A DNA stretch of 64,000 nt from Octopus sinensis. Lineage: Eukaryota. The DNA lies in assembly GCF_006345805.1 (NCBI RefSeq), contig NC_042997.1, positions 11,904,001 through 11,968,000 of the forward strand, read 5' to 3'. Both the position numbers and the translations under genes were made by a program. The notes under the pieces were generated by a model. That model had not been told where the DNA came from, searched no databases, and worked only from the letters and a program-made list of their open reading frames with translations. Of this stretch, positions 13,926 through 27,211 are shown piece after piece (position 1 is the stretch's first letter; each line of letters opens with the position of its first letter).

Positions 13926-14458
13926 TTTATATATGTGTGTGTATATATATGTGTATATATATGTGTGTGTGTGTGTGTACATAATGATAGTTATATATAC
14001 GCCCTTATTTATATATAGATCTATATTTATATATGTATATGTTCGTATATATTTGCAAATTTACATTCGCACACATGGACAAACATATGTTCGCGCGTTT
14101 GTATGAATATGTATCTGTGTCTATAGAGAAAAATAAAAGAAGATAGAAAACGAGAGGTAGATTATACACTCTCCGTACTCTAACATATTTATAATAATTT
14201 CTGGCATGTAATCATTAGTTGAAATATTACATGGTAGAATAACACACCTCAGGACACTTGAATAATGATTTGCTTTGTGACTATCTAGATAACTAGAGGT
14301 GACAAATATTCATATGATTAGATATCAGAGTAGAAGACGTCTCGTCTCCAAGACGAAAGAATTTCTGTAGGAATATATAGATAAACAATTTTCTGATATT
14401 CTTTAGCTAGTAATGTGTATTTACCTGTATATATATATATATAATATATATATATTAG

Positions 14459-14491
<33 letters not shown>

Positions 14492-15735
14492 ATATATACA
14501 TATGTTGTGTGTGTAGCGATACAGACATACGTACTTACATATGTGTATATATAGATACATGCATACTACCTCATCGTATTTCCTAAGATCAGCAATCTCA
14601 ATATTACAATAGTAATTAACGCCATAAAGTTATTGTTATAACATAACATTTCTTAGCGAGAAAAAAAGAAAGCAAACCCACAAGCCAACATCTGCAGTGA
14701 GGATAACCTTTTTGGGATTGTTTGTCTTCGAGCCCCAAGGAAAAAAATCTCTTTAAACATTTCCTGTTTCTCTATAGTTACTAGGCTAGCAATCTCATAC
14801 ATCATGAAAAGCCACTTGATGTATACATATGAGTGATTTATTCATGAGCTTGGTTTAGATTTAAATACATCGCCATGGTTAGATGCCTTGATATTATATC
14901 AGATGACAAGGCAGGTAACTAACACTTTTATTGGAAAAACAAATGAGAATCTATATATCTATAAGGTCCTTAATTCACTCCAGTTCTGGTATTTTGAAAC
15001 CTAGTAGAAATCAGAGTCTCCGAACTTTTCGGCGGCGTACCTGCCTAAAGTAACAAGGTACCAGACATGCATGGTGGTTTTAGTGGAAAATTAGTATGAG
15101 TATTAACATTTTCTTGCCCAGCAACCTTAATAGATCGACGGGTGCCATTTAATGGTTATTAAAAAATGAAATTGAAGGATTTTATCTTTTCCTTCTTTAG
15201 CTTAACAAGGAATCTTAGTTCTGACTACAAAGAAACAATCACCGATTTCTCAGATGTGCCATCAATCATAGCAATCGATGAGCTACTCAAGTCTGTACTA
15301 CATTGATACACTGTGTTTATTCGATAAATATGTCGGCCATCACAGTTCTGGAAACACCATATTGATCAATGTTCACATAGTTGGTTGTTGTTTGGAAGTA
15401 TATCGATACGGTGTGTCGCATTGTAACGTATTCATTAGACAGTATTGTCAGTATTGTATATATCCGTTGGGTGGTAACAGATTAAAAAGCAGTAATATGA
15501 CAATAAGGGATAAGGGGAAAAAAGTATAGTCTTGTTTACAAACTTTTCTCTTTTGTTTATTTATTGTACATTTATTGTGATTATATAATAATGGATTCTT
15601 AAATATAAATAACAATATACATAATGTATATACATGTTGCATATATATTTGTGTGTGTATAATACATACATACATGCATACATGCACACACACACACACA
15701 CACATATATATATAAGTATATGTGTGTCTGCGTGT

Positions 15736-15786
<51 letters not shown>

Positions 15787-16912
15787 GACACACACAGATA
15801 CACAGATACACACACACGCACAGGCACACAGAGAAATGTACGTATTCATACGCGAATCTTATGCAAAGCCTTTTGTAAAAGCAAAATTTTAAAAAAATGG
15901 GATTGTGCGACGTTCATATTTTTCCCAAAGGAAATACGAGTTTGCTAAAAATTAAACAAAGGAAAAATCAATGATGATTCTTGATTCTTTTTATCACAAG
16001 ACAGAAAGTAAATAATATATAGATACAGTAAGTAAATAGTTATTTGCAAAAATTGTGTTTTGATACCAATATCGTTCGATTGTTCAAGTCAAATTTTCTT
16101 TAGACATTAAATATATTTGAAAAAAATTCCTCACATAGATACTTGTAGACATAGGTAAACACAGGAACACATACATACAAATTCCAGTATATACGCGTAG
16201 TATATATCTTAAAACACATCACCCATTAGTTCTGAAAATATTGGAAAATCACAAACAAGTAAATATTGCAACAATAATCAAAACCGGTCAAAGCCACTTT
16301 AAGAAGAATGAACGAATACACAATTTATCCAGGTTTCAAGAATATATATATATATATATGTGTGTGTATGTGTGTGTGTGTATGTGTGTGTGTGTATGCG
16401 TGTGTGTGTGCATAATACAAAATGGGACATGAACGCAAAACATCGGACAACTAGATGATACAAAAAGGGACAACAAAGTTTCCAGAGAGACGATACAAAG
16501 AAAACAAGGACGAGTCATTCGAAATTTTCTATCTTCAGTCAAGAATCAGATTATCCTCCTAATTTCGGCTGATTATTCTTGAGATTGCTCCAATCTGGCC
16601 AGCCCCAAGGAAAAACTAAGCTAAGAGTATTAGATTCCTTGGAAGAAAGCAGCGAATGTATACAAAAACAAGGATGGAAAACAGGGACAAAATACAATTA
16701 AAAAATACAGTAAAAATAATAACAGGACATAACAACAGGTGTCTTTCAACTAAGGACGAATAGAATTAAGATGGCGAGTGTGGAAATGAAGCCTTACGGC
16801 AAAGATACATTAATTTTACTGTCAGTCCAACCAAGAACACACAAGAAAAAACAACTACGCGAAGACGTGATACAAGTAATGTATTATTGGACGGTCAACA
16901 ATGTATTATTGG

Positions 16913-17005
16913 ACGGTTTCGAGCAGAGCTCTTCATCAGAAATATAGAAAAAGTCCAAAGAGGGGAAGACGGAGAAAGAAAATCGCCAGCGATACACACA
17001 CGGTT
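16913..17005 (-). mobile_element. Truncated family H1 repeat with canonical HHR core
   Basis: Minus strand tattt-CTGATGA-a-gagc tct gctc-GAAACCGTC. The adjacent 18-bp direct repeat aatgtattattggacggt is at 16878 and 16900. Confidence 0.7.
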
Positions 17006-17030
17006 ACATGTGCATATATAAGTATATATA

Positions 17031-17090
<60 letters not shown>

Positions 17091-17142
17091 ATATTATATA
17101 GTATATATATATATATATAGTATATATATATATATATATGTA

Positions 17143-17345
17143 TGCTAAAGTAGTTTTTTATAAAAAACATTTCAGTATCGGTTTCAGTCATTGACAGTTT
17201 TTTCAACTGTAAGTATGGAAAACAATTAAATTTTGGAAAAGCTAAAAGAAAGTTTTTTAAAAGATATTTGCATAGTATTCAAATCAAGTGGCATTTCCTT
17301 GTTTCTGTCGCCTGTCTCTGTCTCTCTTGTTTACTCTTGTGGGTT
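17143..17345 (-). repeat. Dispersed repeat carrying a U3-A8 HHR-like motif (copy 2)
   Basis: Homologue of 9170-9385. Minus strand 17209-17173 reads cag-TTGAAAA-aact gtc aat gac t-GAAACCGAT-A-ctg. Confidence 0.6.
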
Positions 17346-18298
17346 CGAGGTCGTTGTGCATGTCTTGATAGGAGAAAGAAGAAAAGAAGAAGAAGAAGAG
17401 AAGAAGAAAGAAGAAAAGAAAAGAAGAAGAAGAAGAGAAGAAAAGAAGAAGAAGAAGAAAAGCTATAAAACAAATGAAATCCAAACTAAAACTAGAACAG
17501 CAACGGACCATGACAAAACGATGATAGTAATGATTAAATTCTGGAGACATGTCTTTTGAAAGTTTTGTTTATAAAATTTGCGTAGGTGTTATTCTAAACA
17601 GCAATACTGGTAAATGTAGGAAGGAAGTGGCGGAGAGGAAGCACATCACAGACACTTAAGATAATATTTCTTCTTTATCTGTCCAAGAAGTATATTAGCT
17701 AGGTTGATAGGATAACAATTGTTATTTTACACCAGGCTAGACCCGGCCCTGATCAAAGGCGTTCTAGTCATGACCGTTTCTTTTTAGTTTCAAGTATAGC
17801 GCATTTAGAATGACATTATCCAATATGACCTAATATGTTCTGTTTTTGTTTCCGTAGCAGTAACACTAGAGGGACTTGACAGTTATTTGTAGAGAACTGT
17901 GTTCTTAGAAGCTACCTCTCTTTTATAAGCATGTTTTATGTTGGTTGATATGCATTCATAGACGTTGCGTTGTGTATATGATTAAGTAAGCATTTCTTGA
18001 TATAAGATATAATAGGGTGCAACTCTCTGTTCTTTTTAAATGTCTAAATCAATAAGAAAGGACTATAGCCATGGTGTTCGTAGGCTCTCAATGAAGAATG
18101 ATATTGATGTGCATGATGTCCCTTGTAAGCAGCTGGAAGTTGATGATTATAGAAAATAAAACATCTTTAGAGAATGATTTTGAGCGGAAGTGATGTTCTG
18201 GAGAGAAAAAAAAAAAAAAAAAACTAATGGTTAGAGCATACTTCAGGAGAGGACACAATATGGTTGATACGACGGTAAAGAACACAATATGGTTGACA

Positions 18299-18508
18299 TA
18301 CGGGCGAAATGCTTAGCGGTATTTCGTCTGCCGTTACGTTGTGAGTTCAAATTCCGCCGAGGTCGACTTTGCGTTTCGTCCTTTCGGGGTCAATAAATTA
18401 AGTACCAGTTAAGCACTGGAGTCGATATAATCGACTTAATACCTATGTCTGTCCATGTTTGTCCCCTCTATGTTCAGCCCCTTGTGGGTAATAAAGAAAT
18501 AGGTAAAT
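18299..18508 (+). mobile_element. 5'-truncated tRNA-derived SINE (family A) with 18-bp target-site duplication
   Basis: Body gagttcaaattccgccgaggtcgactttg...cctttcggggtc...aaagaaatag. TSD aacacaatatggttgaca at 18281-18298 and 18509-18526. Confidence 0.9.
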
Positions 18509-18867
18509 AACACAATATGGTTGACAGAAGAGGACACAATATGGCTTGATGTGACGGAGAAGTTGATTGAGACTGAGGAGAAAGCCTTTCTGTGGTGGAC
18601 TGGCAAGTGTAGTATGTTCGTGGTTTCTTTTCTCTTTACTTTCGTTCTCTTTCTATCTGCTTTCTTTCAAATACACGCAAACACTTCTCTCTTCTCTCTC
18701 CCGTTAGTATCTCTCTCTGCTGTCTCTTGATCGCATCTCTTCTTCTTCTCTTCTTCTTATTTCTCTTCTTCTTCTTCTTCCTCCTCTTGTCCTTCCTTCC
18801 TCCTCCTCCTCCTCTTCTTCTTCTTCCACTTGTCCTTCCTCCTCCTCCCCTCCTCCTCTTCTTCACA

Positions 18868-18967
18868 NNNNNNNNNNNNNNNNNNNNNNNNNNNNNNNNN
18901 NNNNNNNNNNNNNNNNNNNNNNNNNNNNNNNNNNNNNNNNNNNNNNNNNNNNNNNNNNNNNNNNNNN
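18868..18967. other. Assembly gap (100 N)
   Basis: Run of exactly 100 N following a (CTT/CCT)n tract. Confidence 1.
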
Positions 18968-19686
18968 TTGTTATTAAATGGCTGGAAACCATTCGTTCTG
19001 TGGATTTGAGGAACTTGCTTAGGGAGTTTATATCTATAGAAATCTGTTCCAGAACACCAGAGAAATATTTTTATTCGATAACAAAAGAGATATGCAAGTT
19101 TTGTTAAGCTTTATTTCGCCTTCAGGTATGCATTTTATTGGATTATAGATGTTGATGTAACCGCAGTTGTCTTTATAAAAAAATCTATCAGTAAAATTAA
19201 ACAGAAAAAAAAAGAATTTATTCCTCACAATGACAATATTCACAGAAAAGATATAAAATGAAAACGTAAAATATTACACAATAAAATAAAACAAAACAAA
19301 ACAGAAACAATAGCTAAAAAGTTAACCTCATCGATCTAATAGAAATTATGAATATATTTGTATCTCCGATAAAACTCCTCCCGGGCTGTAAATAATATAT
19401 TGATTTCTTACGCAGGAACCCATTTATACGTATACATATATATATATATATATATATATAACACATGAGTGTGTAGAGTAGAAGAGGAAATTGGATTGCG
19501 TTGTGTACATGCCTTTCTCAATAGTATTAAATGTTTAAGGAAACATACATATGCACATAGAAATTGAAATTGAGGCGAGAACCCGAGAAACTGAATTATT
19601 TATTTTATGGCAATCTTTCGTGTTTACTTGTTTCAATGTTGTACGTAGCGGCTCAATGTGACAAAATAAATAACAAACTTGTTTGT

Positions 19687-19758
19687 AGGTTCTACCGAGA
19701 CTTGAACTCGGATCGCTGGATTCAGAGTCCAGAGTGCTAACCATTACACCATAGAACC
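19687..19758 (-). tRNA. tRNA-Gln (anticodon CTG)
   Basis: 72 nt GGTTCTATGGTGTAATGGTTAGCACTCTGGACTCTGAATCCAGCGATCCGAGTTCAAGTCTCGGTAGAACCT. Complete cloverleaf, A and B boxes, anticodon at 19723-19725, and a T4 run about 20 nt downstream (19663-19666). Confidence 0.97.
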
Positions 19759-20168
19759 GATAGAATGTTGCCGTATAAAATAAATGTTATAACTATGCTA
19801 CATAGCGACTAGTTAATTACATAGCGCCTCATAATTAACGAATTAACTTTGGATGCATTAATAAAACTGTTGTAGACATTATACCAACAAACTAAACCGA
19901 AAGAAAACAGTCAGCCAACTTGTAGATCTAATGGAAAATGTCTAGTACATTTAGAACAATACTGTTTTTAGCAGTAAATGTATAGAAAATCTTTCCTCTT
20001 ACACTCATCAGAATCAAGGTAGTGTTTACACAAATGATTTTTAGAACATAAATAATTGCTAAATCTATCTATGAGGAAGTTGTGCACATTGATAAAGTGT
20101 TGGACCTTCCAAACTATCTGCTGACTTCTCCTTTTTTTTTTTTTTGACAGCTTTTGTTTTTCGTTGGT

Positions 20169-21100
20169 GGCGAGCTGGCAGAAACGTTAGCACGCCGGGC
20201 GAAAAGCTTAGCGGTATTTCGTCTGGCGCTACGTTCTGAGTTCAAATTCCGCCGAGGTCGACTTTGCCTTTCATCATTTCGGGGTCGATAAATTAAGTAC
20301 CAGTTACGCACTGGGGTCGATGTAATCGACCTAATACCTATGTCTGTCCTTGTTTGTCCCCTATATTTTTAGCCCCTTGTAGGTAATAAAGAAATAGGTA
20401 TTTCGTCTGCAGCTACGTACTCAGTTCAAATTCCGTTGAGGTCGATTTTGCCTTTCATCATTTTGGGGTCGATTAAATAAGTACCAGTTACGCACTGGGG
20501 TAGATATAATCGACTTAATCCGTTTGTCTCTCCTTGTTTGTTCTCTCTGTGTTTAGCCCCTTGTAGGTAATAAAGAAATAGGTATTTCGTCTGCCGTTAC
20601 GTTCTGAGTTCAAATTCCGCCGAAGTCGACTTTGCCTTTCATCCTTTCAGGGTCGATAAATTAAGTACCAGTTACGCACTGGGGTCGATGTAATCGAATT
20701 AATACCTGTGTCTGTCCTTGTTTGTCCCCTCTATGTTTAGCCCCTTGTGGGAAATACAGAAATAAGAAACGTTAGAACGCCGGGCAAAAATGCTTAGCAA
20801 CATTTCGTCGGTCCTTACGTACACAATTCAAATTCCGCCAAGGTCGACTTTGCTTTTCATCCTCTCAAGGTCGATGAAATAACTACCAGTTGCGCATTGG
20901 AATTGATAAAATCGACAATCCTCCATCCTCAGAATTTTTAGGCTTTGGCCCTATAGTAGAAAGGATTATTATAAAAGGTAGCTAACTGGCAGAATCGTTT
21001 GCGTGCCGAACAGAATGTATTGCAGCATTTCTTCCAATCTCCCTTTCCGAGTTCAAATTCCACCGAGGTCGACTTTGCCTTTCACACTTTATGGGTTGTT
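20169..21100 (+). mobile_element. Cluster of family A SINEs: one head plus three tandem bodies (about 184-bp period), then two older copies
   Basis: Head ggcgagctggcagaaacgttagc at 20169; body restarts gtatttcgtctg at 20398 and 20582; diverged copies at about 20766-20920 and about 20983-21100. Confidence 0.9.
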
Positions 21101-21159
21101 AAGATAAATATTCTGGAAAGTTTTACAGACTTTTACAATTCTAGTGATGGCTTGGATCT

Positions 21160-21660
21160 GTAGACTTCAAATCAGTTTTTTCCCTTCTGGTTTCGTGAAG
21201 CCTAATTTCTCAAGGGTTGTATTTACCCAATGTGTTACATATCCCAGTGCACCAATAATAACTAGTATAAACCTGAATTTATGATTGGGTAGAGTAACCA
21301 TAGATTTTTCAATAGCTGAGCGTAGGTATTTTCTTTTTCGCTGATATTCAGCTTTACGTAAACATCTGCTGGGCAGCTGATTTCCACAACTGCACACAGT
21401 TTCTCTTCTCAATCTCAAATGACCATGTCAGATCTATTATGCTTACATATTATTGAGGTTTTCACTGGGACATTCAATCAGTACTCCTTATTATGAATGG
21501 TAATCGCTTCCACCATACTGTGGGTTCTTATTTCTTTAGTCTCAGTGTTATACAGTGTCTTAACTACAACATCATGTCTCATCGGAAGATAATACCGCGA
21601 TGACATTTTCGGACAACTGCTTATGATGTGGGTGATATTTTTTTACTTCCACACAGGATG
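21160..21660 (-). mobile_element. Decayed RLE non-LTR retrotransposon 3' fragment (related to 1-700)
   Basis: ITHIISSCPKMSSRYYLPMRHDVVVKTLYN, NVPVKTSIICKHNRSDMVI and FILVIIGALGYV motifs. Confidence 0.85.
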
Positions 21661-21759
21661 TAAAGTAAATTTCGAACACGGGATAGATGAGTAAAGAGTC
21701 TAGAAACTTGAGTAAATACCCATAGAAGACGGAAAAAATTTTGCCAGCATGTGGCTGCA

Positions 21760-22130
21760 GAAAGGATATGTTATATGTGTTTGTAAGTCCTGGTGTTTTT
21801 GTTATGTATTTGTCTGAATATTTTTTTATCGTGCCTAATGCACCTACTATGATAGGAATTGTTTAACTTTTTAGATTCCACATTCTGGTTACCTCTATTT
21901 CCAGGTCTTTGTATTTTGAAAGTTTCTCCATTTCTTTTAGGGACACGTTGTCATCTGCCGGTATTGATACATCAATTAGAAAGCATTTTTTTTTCTTCAT
22001 GATCCCTGACAACTATATCTGGTCTGTTACCCTTAATTTCTCTATCTGTGTGTATCGGTATATCCCAGAGTATGGTTGCTTTCTCGTTTTCTGTGACCTT
22101 TTCTGGTGTGTGCCTATACCATCCTGACGT
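21760..22130 (-). mobile_element. Second RLE non-LTR retrotransposon 3' fragment (different subfamily)
   Basis: WYRHTPEKVTENEKATILWDIPIHTDREIKGNRPDIVVRD, frameshift, then CFLIDVSIPADDNVSLKEMEKLSKYKDLEIEVTRMW..IPIIVGALG (PD-(D/E)XK RLE). Confidence 0.9.
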
Positions 22131-22477
22131 TAACCACACTTTCGTCTCCTGTCTGGCCCCAAGGCCGTATTGTGTATATTTCAGTTGTCCGTATGTCCAT
22201 ATTTCGTCTTTACCCATCATCTGTCCCCTTGTGCTTTCGTCCTGAATCACATTTATTCCATATTTGTTTGTTCACTTTCAGTCTTGTTTTGTCCTTTGAC
22301 TCGCAATTTCCTGGCGGCTTCTTGCAGCCGGCACCACCAGAGGGGAACAATAATATCGTTGAAGGCGCAAAATTGAGTTTGACCCTGTGGCCGATGATTG
22401 ATGAGGATTTGCTGACCTTCTGTGTCTGTTTTCCGTTTGTTTGTGCATTTATGTTTTCAACTTATTTACATTGTAAA

Positions 22478-22558
<81 letters not shown>

Positions 22559-23215
22559 CTCTGTCTCTCTCTCTCTCTATACATATATATATGCGTGTGT
22601 GTGTGGCTGTGTATGTGTTTGTGTGTATGTGCATTCTCAGTATGTGTGTATGCTTTCACACACACATATATACACATGTATATGTGTGCACGTCTACCTA
22701 ATTGCGTGTGTATATTTATAAGGCAAGAACCAAATATTATATTGAGAAATTTTAATCATCATTAATTGTAAATTAATTCCAATTAGAATGCATTGGAGTA
22801 CATGCATACTGAGTCTTAAATGATTCTATTATCACATGGCTACATACATTTCTTATCTCTCAACAATACCACTGTTAAAAGGAAGGCCATTTGTACATCA
22901 TTTAATCACCGTGATTAAATCTATTTCAAATAGCCGGATGCAGTCATGAAGTTAAAAAAAAAAGATAATTTGGACTTTTGGACAACGTTGCGCTTCATAT
23001 ACTTAGTGAGAACTTGGATTTGGTTGATTAAATTTGATTAGACAGTAATTGTAGGCTTCCTCGATCAGAATTTCAAAACAATAATGTGAAAAAGAAACAA
23101 TTCATTATGCAATTTCTACGCTTTTATTAGCATAAAAATTCACGCGCACGCTTACACACAGACACGGACGCAGACTCACACATAATATATATTATATACA
23201 AATATACATTTTGCA

Positions 23216-23248
<33 letters not shown>

Positions 23249-23276
23249 GTATAATATATATGTTATTATATATATA

Positions 23277-23317
<41 letters not shown>

Positions 23318-23377
23318 ATATATGCATGTATGTATGTACACACAAATGAGAGAATGCAAATTCATGTATATATATAT

Positions 23378-23889
23378 AATCAAAATAAGCAACAAGGGTA
23401 TCCAGAGTTAATGCAGTACGACCGTTTCACGCAACTCCATTTAGTTGAACAATGCAACCATTACATCAATTAAAAGCAGAGCAATCCTCAGCTGCACAAA
23501 GACATAGTATTTGATTAAATTAAAATAGATGGATACATTGGTATAATTTTGCATATAAGCTCCAAGAAGTTAAGGAGATAAGCATAGAACATGCTGCCTT
23601 TCCTTCTTCCACTTAGAAAAAATCCATGGGAGATTTTCAGAGTAGTACTAGTAGCTTCTAAGTAGGAGGAAAGGCAACATGTTCTTTGTCTATCTCCTTA
23701 ACTTCTTGGAGATTTTAGGTAAAATTATACTGTGTCCAGCTGCTTCAATTTGATTAAATTCTGTCTTTGTGCAGCTGATGATTGCTCTGCATTTAAATTG
23801 ATGTAATGGTTGCATTGTTCAACTAAATGGAGTTGCGTGAAACAATCGTACAACATTACCTCTGGATATGCTTGTTGCTTATTTTGATT
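23378..23889. repeat. Long inverted repeat (about 240-bp arms, about 37-bp loop), each arm carrying an HHR motif
   Basis: 23378-23618 aligns to the reverse complement of 23656-23889. Confidence 0.9.
23412..23496 (-). ncRNA. Type I hammerhead ribozyme with extended stem II
   Basis: tgcag-CTGAGGA-ttgc...gcgt-GAAACGGTCGT-A-ctgca: 5-bp stem I, stem III ACG/CGT, GUA site at 23417. The mirror copy at 23770-23855(+) keeps CTGATGA and GAAAC, but its stems are decayed. Confidence 0.7.
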
Positions 23890-24053
23890 CTAATCACTTT
23901 ATTTTGAAAATTTGTGAGGATAATACGTACTAAATTATGGTGCCTAAAACTGACAGTACCATATTCATCTGAATCTAAATTTTTACTGAAATCATACTTT
24001 AGATGTGTATATGTAATATATATGTATATATAATATATATATATATATATATA

Positions 24054-24094
<41 letters not shown>

Positions 24095-24599
24095 TTATAT
24101 ATATATATATATATATATATTTGTACTTATGTATGTATATATATATATATATATATATATACAAATTGAGACAGTAAAATTCATGCAACGTATGTCTCCT
24201 AGCTACAGATAAGATTCGTTTGTGCAATAACTACTCAATGAGGGGTAACCAGCTAGCTGCTCGTCAGGCCAAAGATACCTTAATTGCATGAAGATTATAT
24301 TGTTGTCAAGGAATCTCAAATTTTGAGAGACAAGTGAGATCGGTCGGTAATTCAATGCCAGCGATTTGTTATTCTTTTCGAAAATTGGGACAATCGATTG
24401 ACAGGAAATTATCAGGAATATATATGTACAGGCATTTGTCTGTTACTGGTAGTCAGGAACTGTTACATCTAACTCGCTCTTTACATCATAAAAATACTCT
24501 GAACCTTGTACAAGGAACAGAACTCTAGATGAAATTTCCTCTCTGAACATCTCCTATGGATTTTTTCGTTCTGTTTTTTCTCATGGTCTACAAACAGAA

Positions 24600-25410
24600 T
24601 GTGATGCTCGTCGACTTCCAGTTGCTGATTTTTGGTGCTATGCTCTTCTGAATTGTGGGTAGACGAGGAGATGAAACTCTAGTGGCTAATGCAGATGACT
24701 GTGTCAGCCTGATTGCAATTCCACCTCGAGCTGGTTAATACTAGACCATGTGACTGCTGCTTCTTATGAGTATGCTAGTAACGCATTGTGGGAACAAACC
24801 CTTAGCAGTATGCAAATCATCTCTTGCAGAGGGATTATCCTTGGTAATATAATCAAATATTGTTCATCTTTACTGATGCACTAACACACTAACACAATGA
24901 GAATCAATATCCAACTTCTTTACCTGTGGTTTCGTGATGGAGTCTGAGAAAGGACAACGAAGGCGCGCAAACAATGGAAGGTCGGAACTCTGATTTCAAC
25001 ATGGAATTGATATCTTGAAGCTGCAAGTAGGTTTCAAGAAATCGCTCGTATTCCACGTCCATACAGTATGAATGAAGCAAGCCCTGACGATATGATTAGA
25101 CCGGCTTGGCAATAAATAAATGAAGAAATAAAGCATAAAACGATCTAGTCTGTTGGATTGACGGTTCCTTGGGGGAAGAAAATGGAGTAGGCACATGAAC
25201 AAAAAGGATCGCAAATTTCTGGGATTTAAGGAATTATGCGAACTAGAGGGTAAGAGTAAGTTTGCAGCTAGATCCTTTATATTATTATTGGCTGGTATTA
25301 GCTTGAGGAGGGGCAGCAGATCATTGATTGTGGAACTCGAGAGAGTAGCAGCGGAAAATTCTTCGTCATTGATAAGGCAAAAGCATGTGGAGAAAAGATT
25401 AGTGTTGTGA
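24600..25410 (+). mobile_element. Decayed Hero-like RLE non-LTR retrotransposon (C-terminal region)
   Basis: CKSSLAEG-YPW*YNQIL (about 24811-24860) resembles C..SL.QGRYTWRHNQVL. SPD...GLTVPWGKKME*AHEQK (about 25080-25205) resembles ELTVPWE..MEEAHERK. Multiple stops. Confidence 0.7.
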
Positions 25411-26083
25411 GCAAAGGATGAAATCCTCAACGAATACTAATAGAATATACCCAAAGTTGGAGTGGTTGCATCTTCTCCCTCTTTGGTCTGATGGTTCCAT
25501 AGAAGATGTAGGGAAAATCATAATACCGAATGCGTCAAAACAATCCGGAGCATTCCCTGGTGGCATCGTTTAAGCTTGGCGTCGCCAGAAGGACCGATGC
25601 TATCGGAAAGTGTTGAAATCTTAATGAACCGCAGTCGGCAGACGATGAAGTGAGTGTCTCGCATTGTTATATTATTAAGAATATCACACACACACACACA
25701 CCACACACATACACACATACACATACACACGCATGCACACACACACATGTATATATATTCGTTTGTGTGTCTGTATGTGTGCGTGTATATATATACACAC
25801 ATATATATATACACACACATACAGACACACAAACGAATATAGATATGCACACAAACACACACACACACACACACACACACGAACAAACACGCACACACGC
25901 ATGCATTTGTATTGTGTGTGTGTGTGCACATATACATGTGTCTCTAGATTGACGGATATTCTGATGGATTATATATTTACATATACGTATACATGCATGC
26001 ACATATCTACACGCACCCAAATGCATAAACGCATGAAATGTGCGCGCGCGCACAATTTTCTCTCTCTCACATAGACACTCAGG

Positions 26084-26151
<68 letters not shown>

Positions 26152-26559
26152 ATGTATATATCCATTGCTCAGTGGTAATTAATCAATAATTAAAATTATA
26201 TTATTTATTTATTGTTTTCCATATTTAGATTGCAATGAACAATTTTCGTCGAATTTATTTTATTTTTGTCATTTCAAGCAATTAGCCCCCTGGCAGAATC
26301 TGATGGTATCATTCACATCTGCGCAATAATTCTTGAAAGAAAAACAAAAAAAGACATTTCACTGAATATAATATTTGGACATCGACGTGGATGGTTTTAA
26401 TGTTTTGTTTTTCTATGATTTTTATTTCTAATTTTATTTTGTGTTTTTTTTGTTCACGTTTTTTGTTTTTTTACATTATTTTATCTGACTACGTTTCTCG
26501 TCTTTTATTTTAGCCTTTTCACTTAACACGCGCAAATTAAAAGCATTAGTCTTAAAAAT

Positions 26560-26850
26560 CTGCGACAACACAACAATAATAATGATGATGATGATGATGA
26601 AAAGGAGGAGGATGACGACGACGACGACAACGACAACGACGATGAGGATGATGGTGATTCCTGCTGCTACTGATCGTGATGATGATGATGATGATGTTGA
26701 TGATGATGTTAGCGATGTTGACGATGGCGGTGAGTATTATGGTAGTAATCATCGGTATCACCATTATCATGATGATGATGGTGATACTGATGATGACGAT
26801 TTTGGTGTCTCTAATAATAATAATAATAATATAATATAATAATAATAATG

Positions 26851-26881
<31 letters not shown>

Positions 26882-26887
26882 TAATAA

Positions 26888-26924
<37 letters not shown>

Positions 26925-26961
26925 GATAATGATAAAAATAATAATAACAATAATAAAAATG

Positions 26962-27004
<43 letters not shown>

Positions 27005-27101
27005 TAATAAAAATGATAATAATGATAATAATAATAATAATATAATAACAATAATAAAAATGATAATAATGAGGATAATGATAATGACAATAATAATAAT
27101 A

Positions 27102-27145
<44 letters not shown>

Positions 27146-27154
27146 GTAATAATG

Positions 27155-27211
<57 letters not shown>

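Noticed and set aside
15240-15530. Possible Harbinger/PIF transposase echo (VPSIIAID...)
   Set aside because: Only one weak motif, with no consistent downstream DDE motifs; cannot be supported by eye.
18868-18967. Sequence continuity across the N run
   Set aside because: A 100-N placeholder gap of unknown true size; ORFs and distances spanning it are not meaningful.
20169-20765. Regularly spaced repeats suggesting a CRISPR array
   Set aside because: Units are about 184-bp SINE bodies without unique spacers; eukaryotic context, no cas genes.
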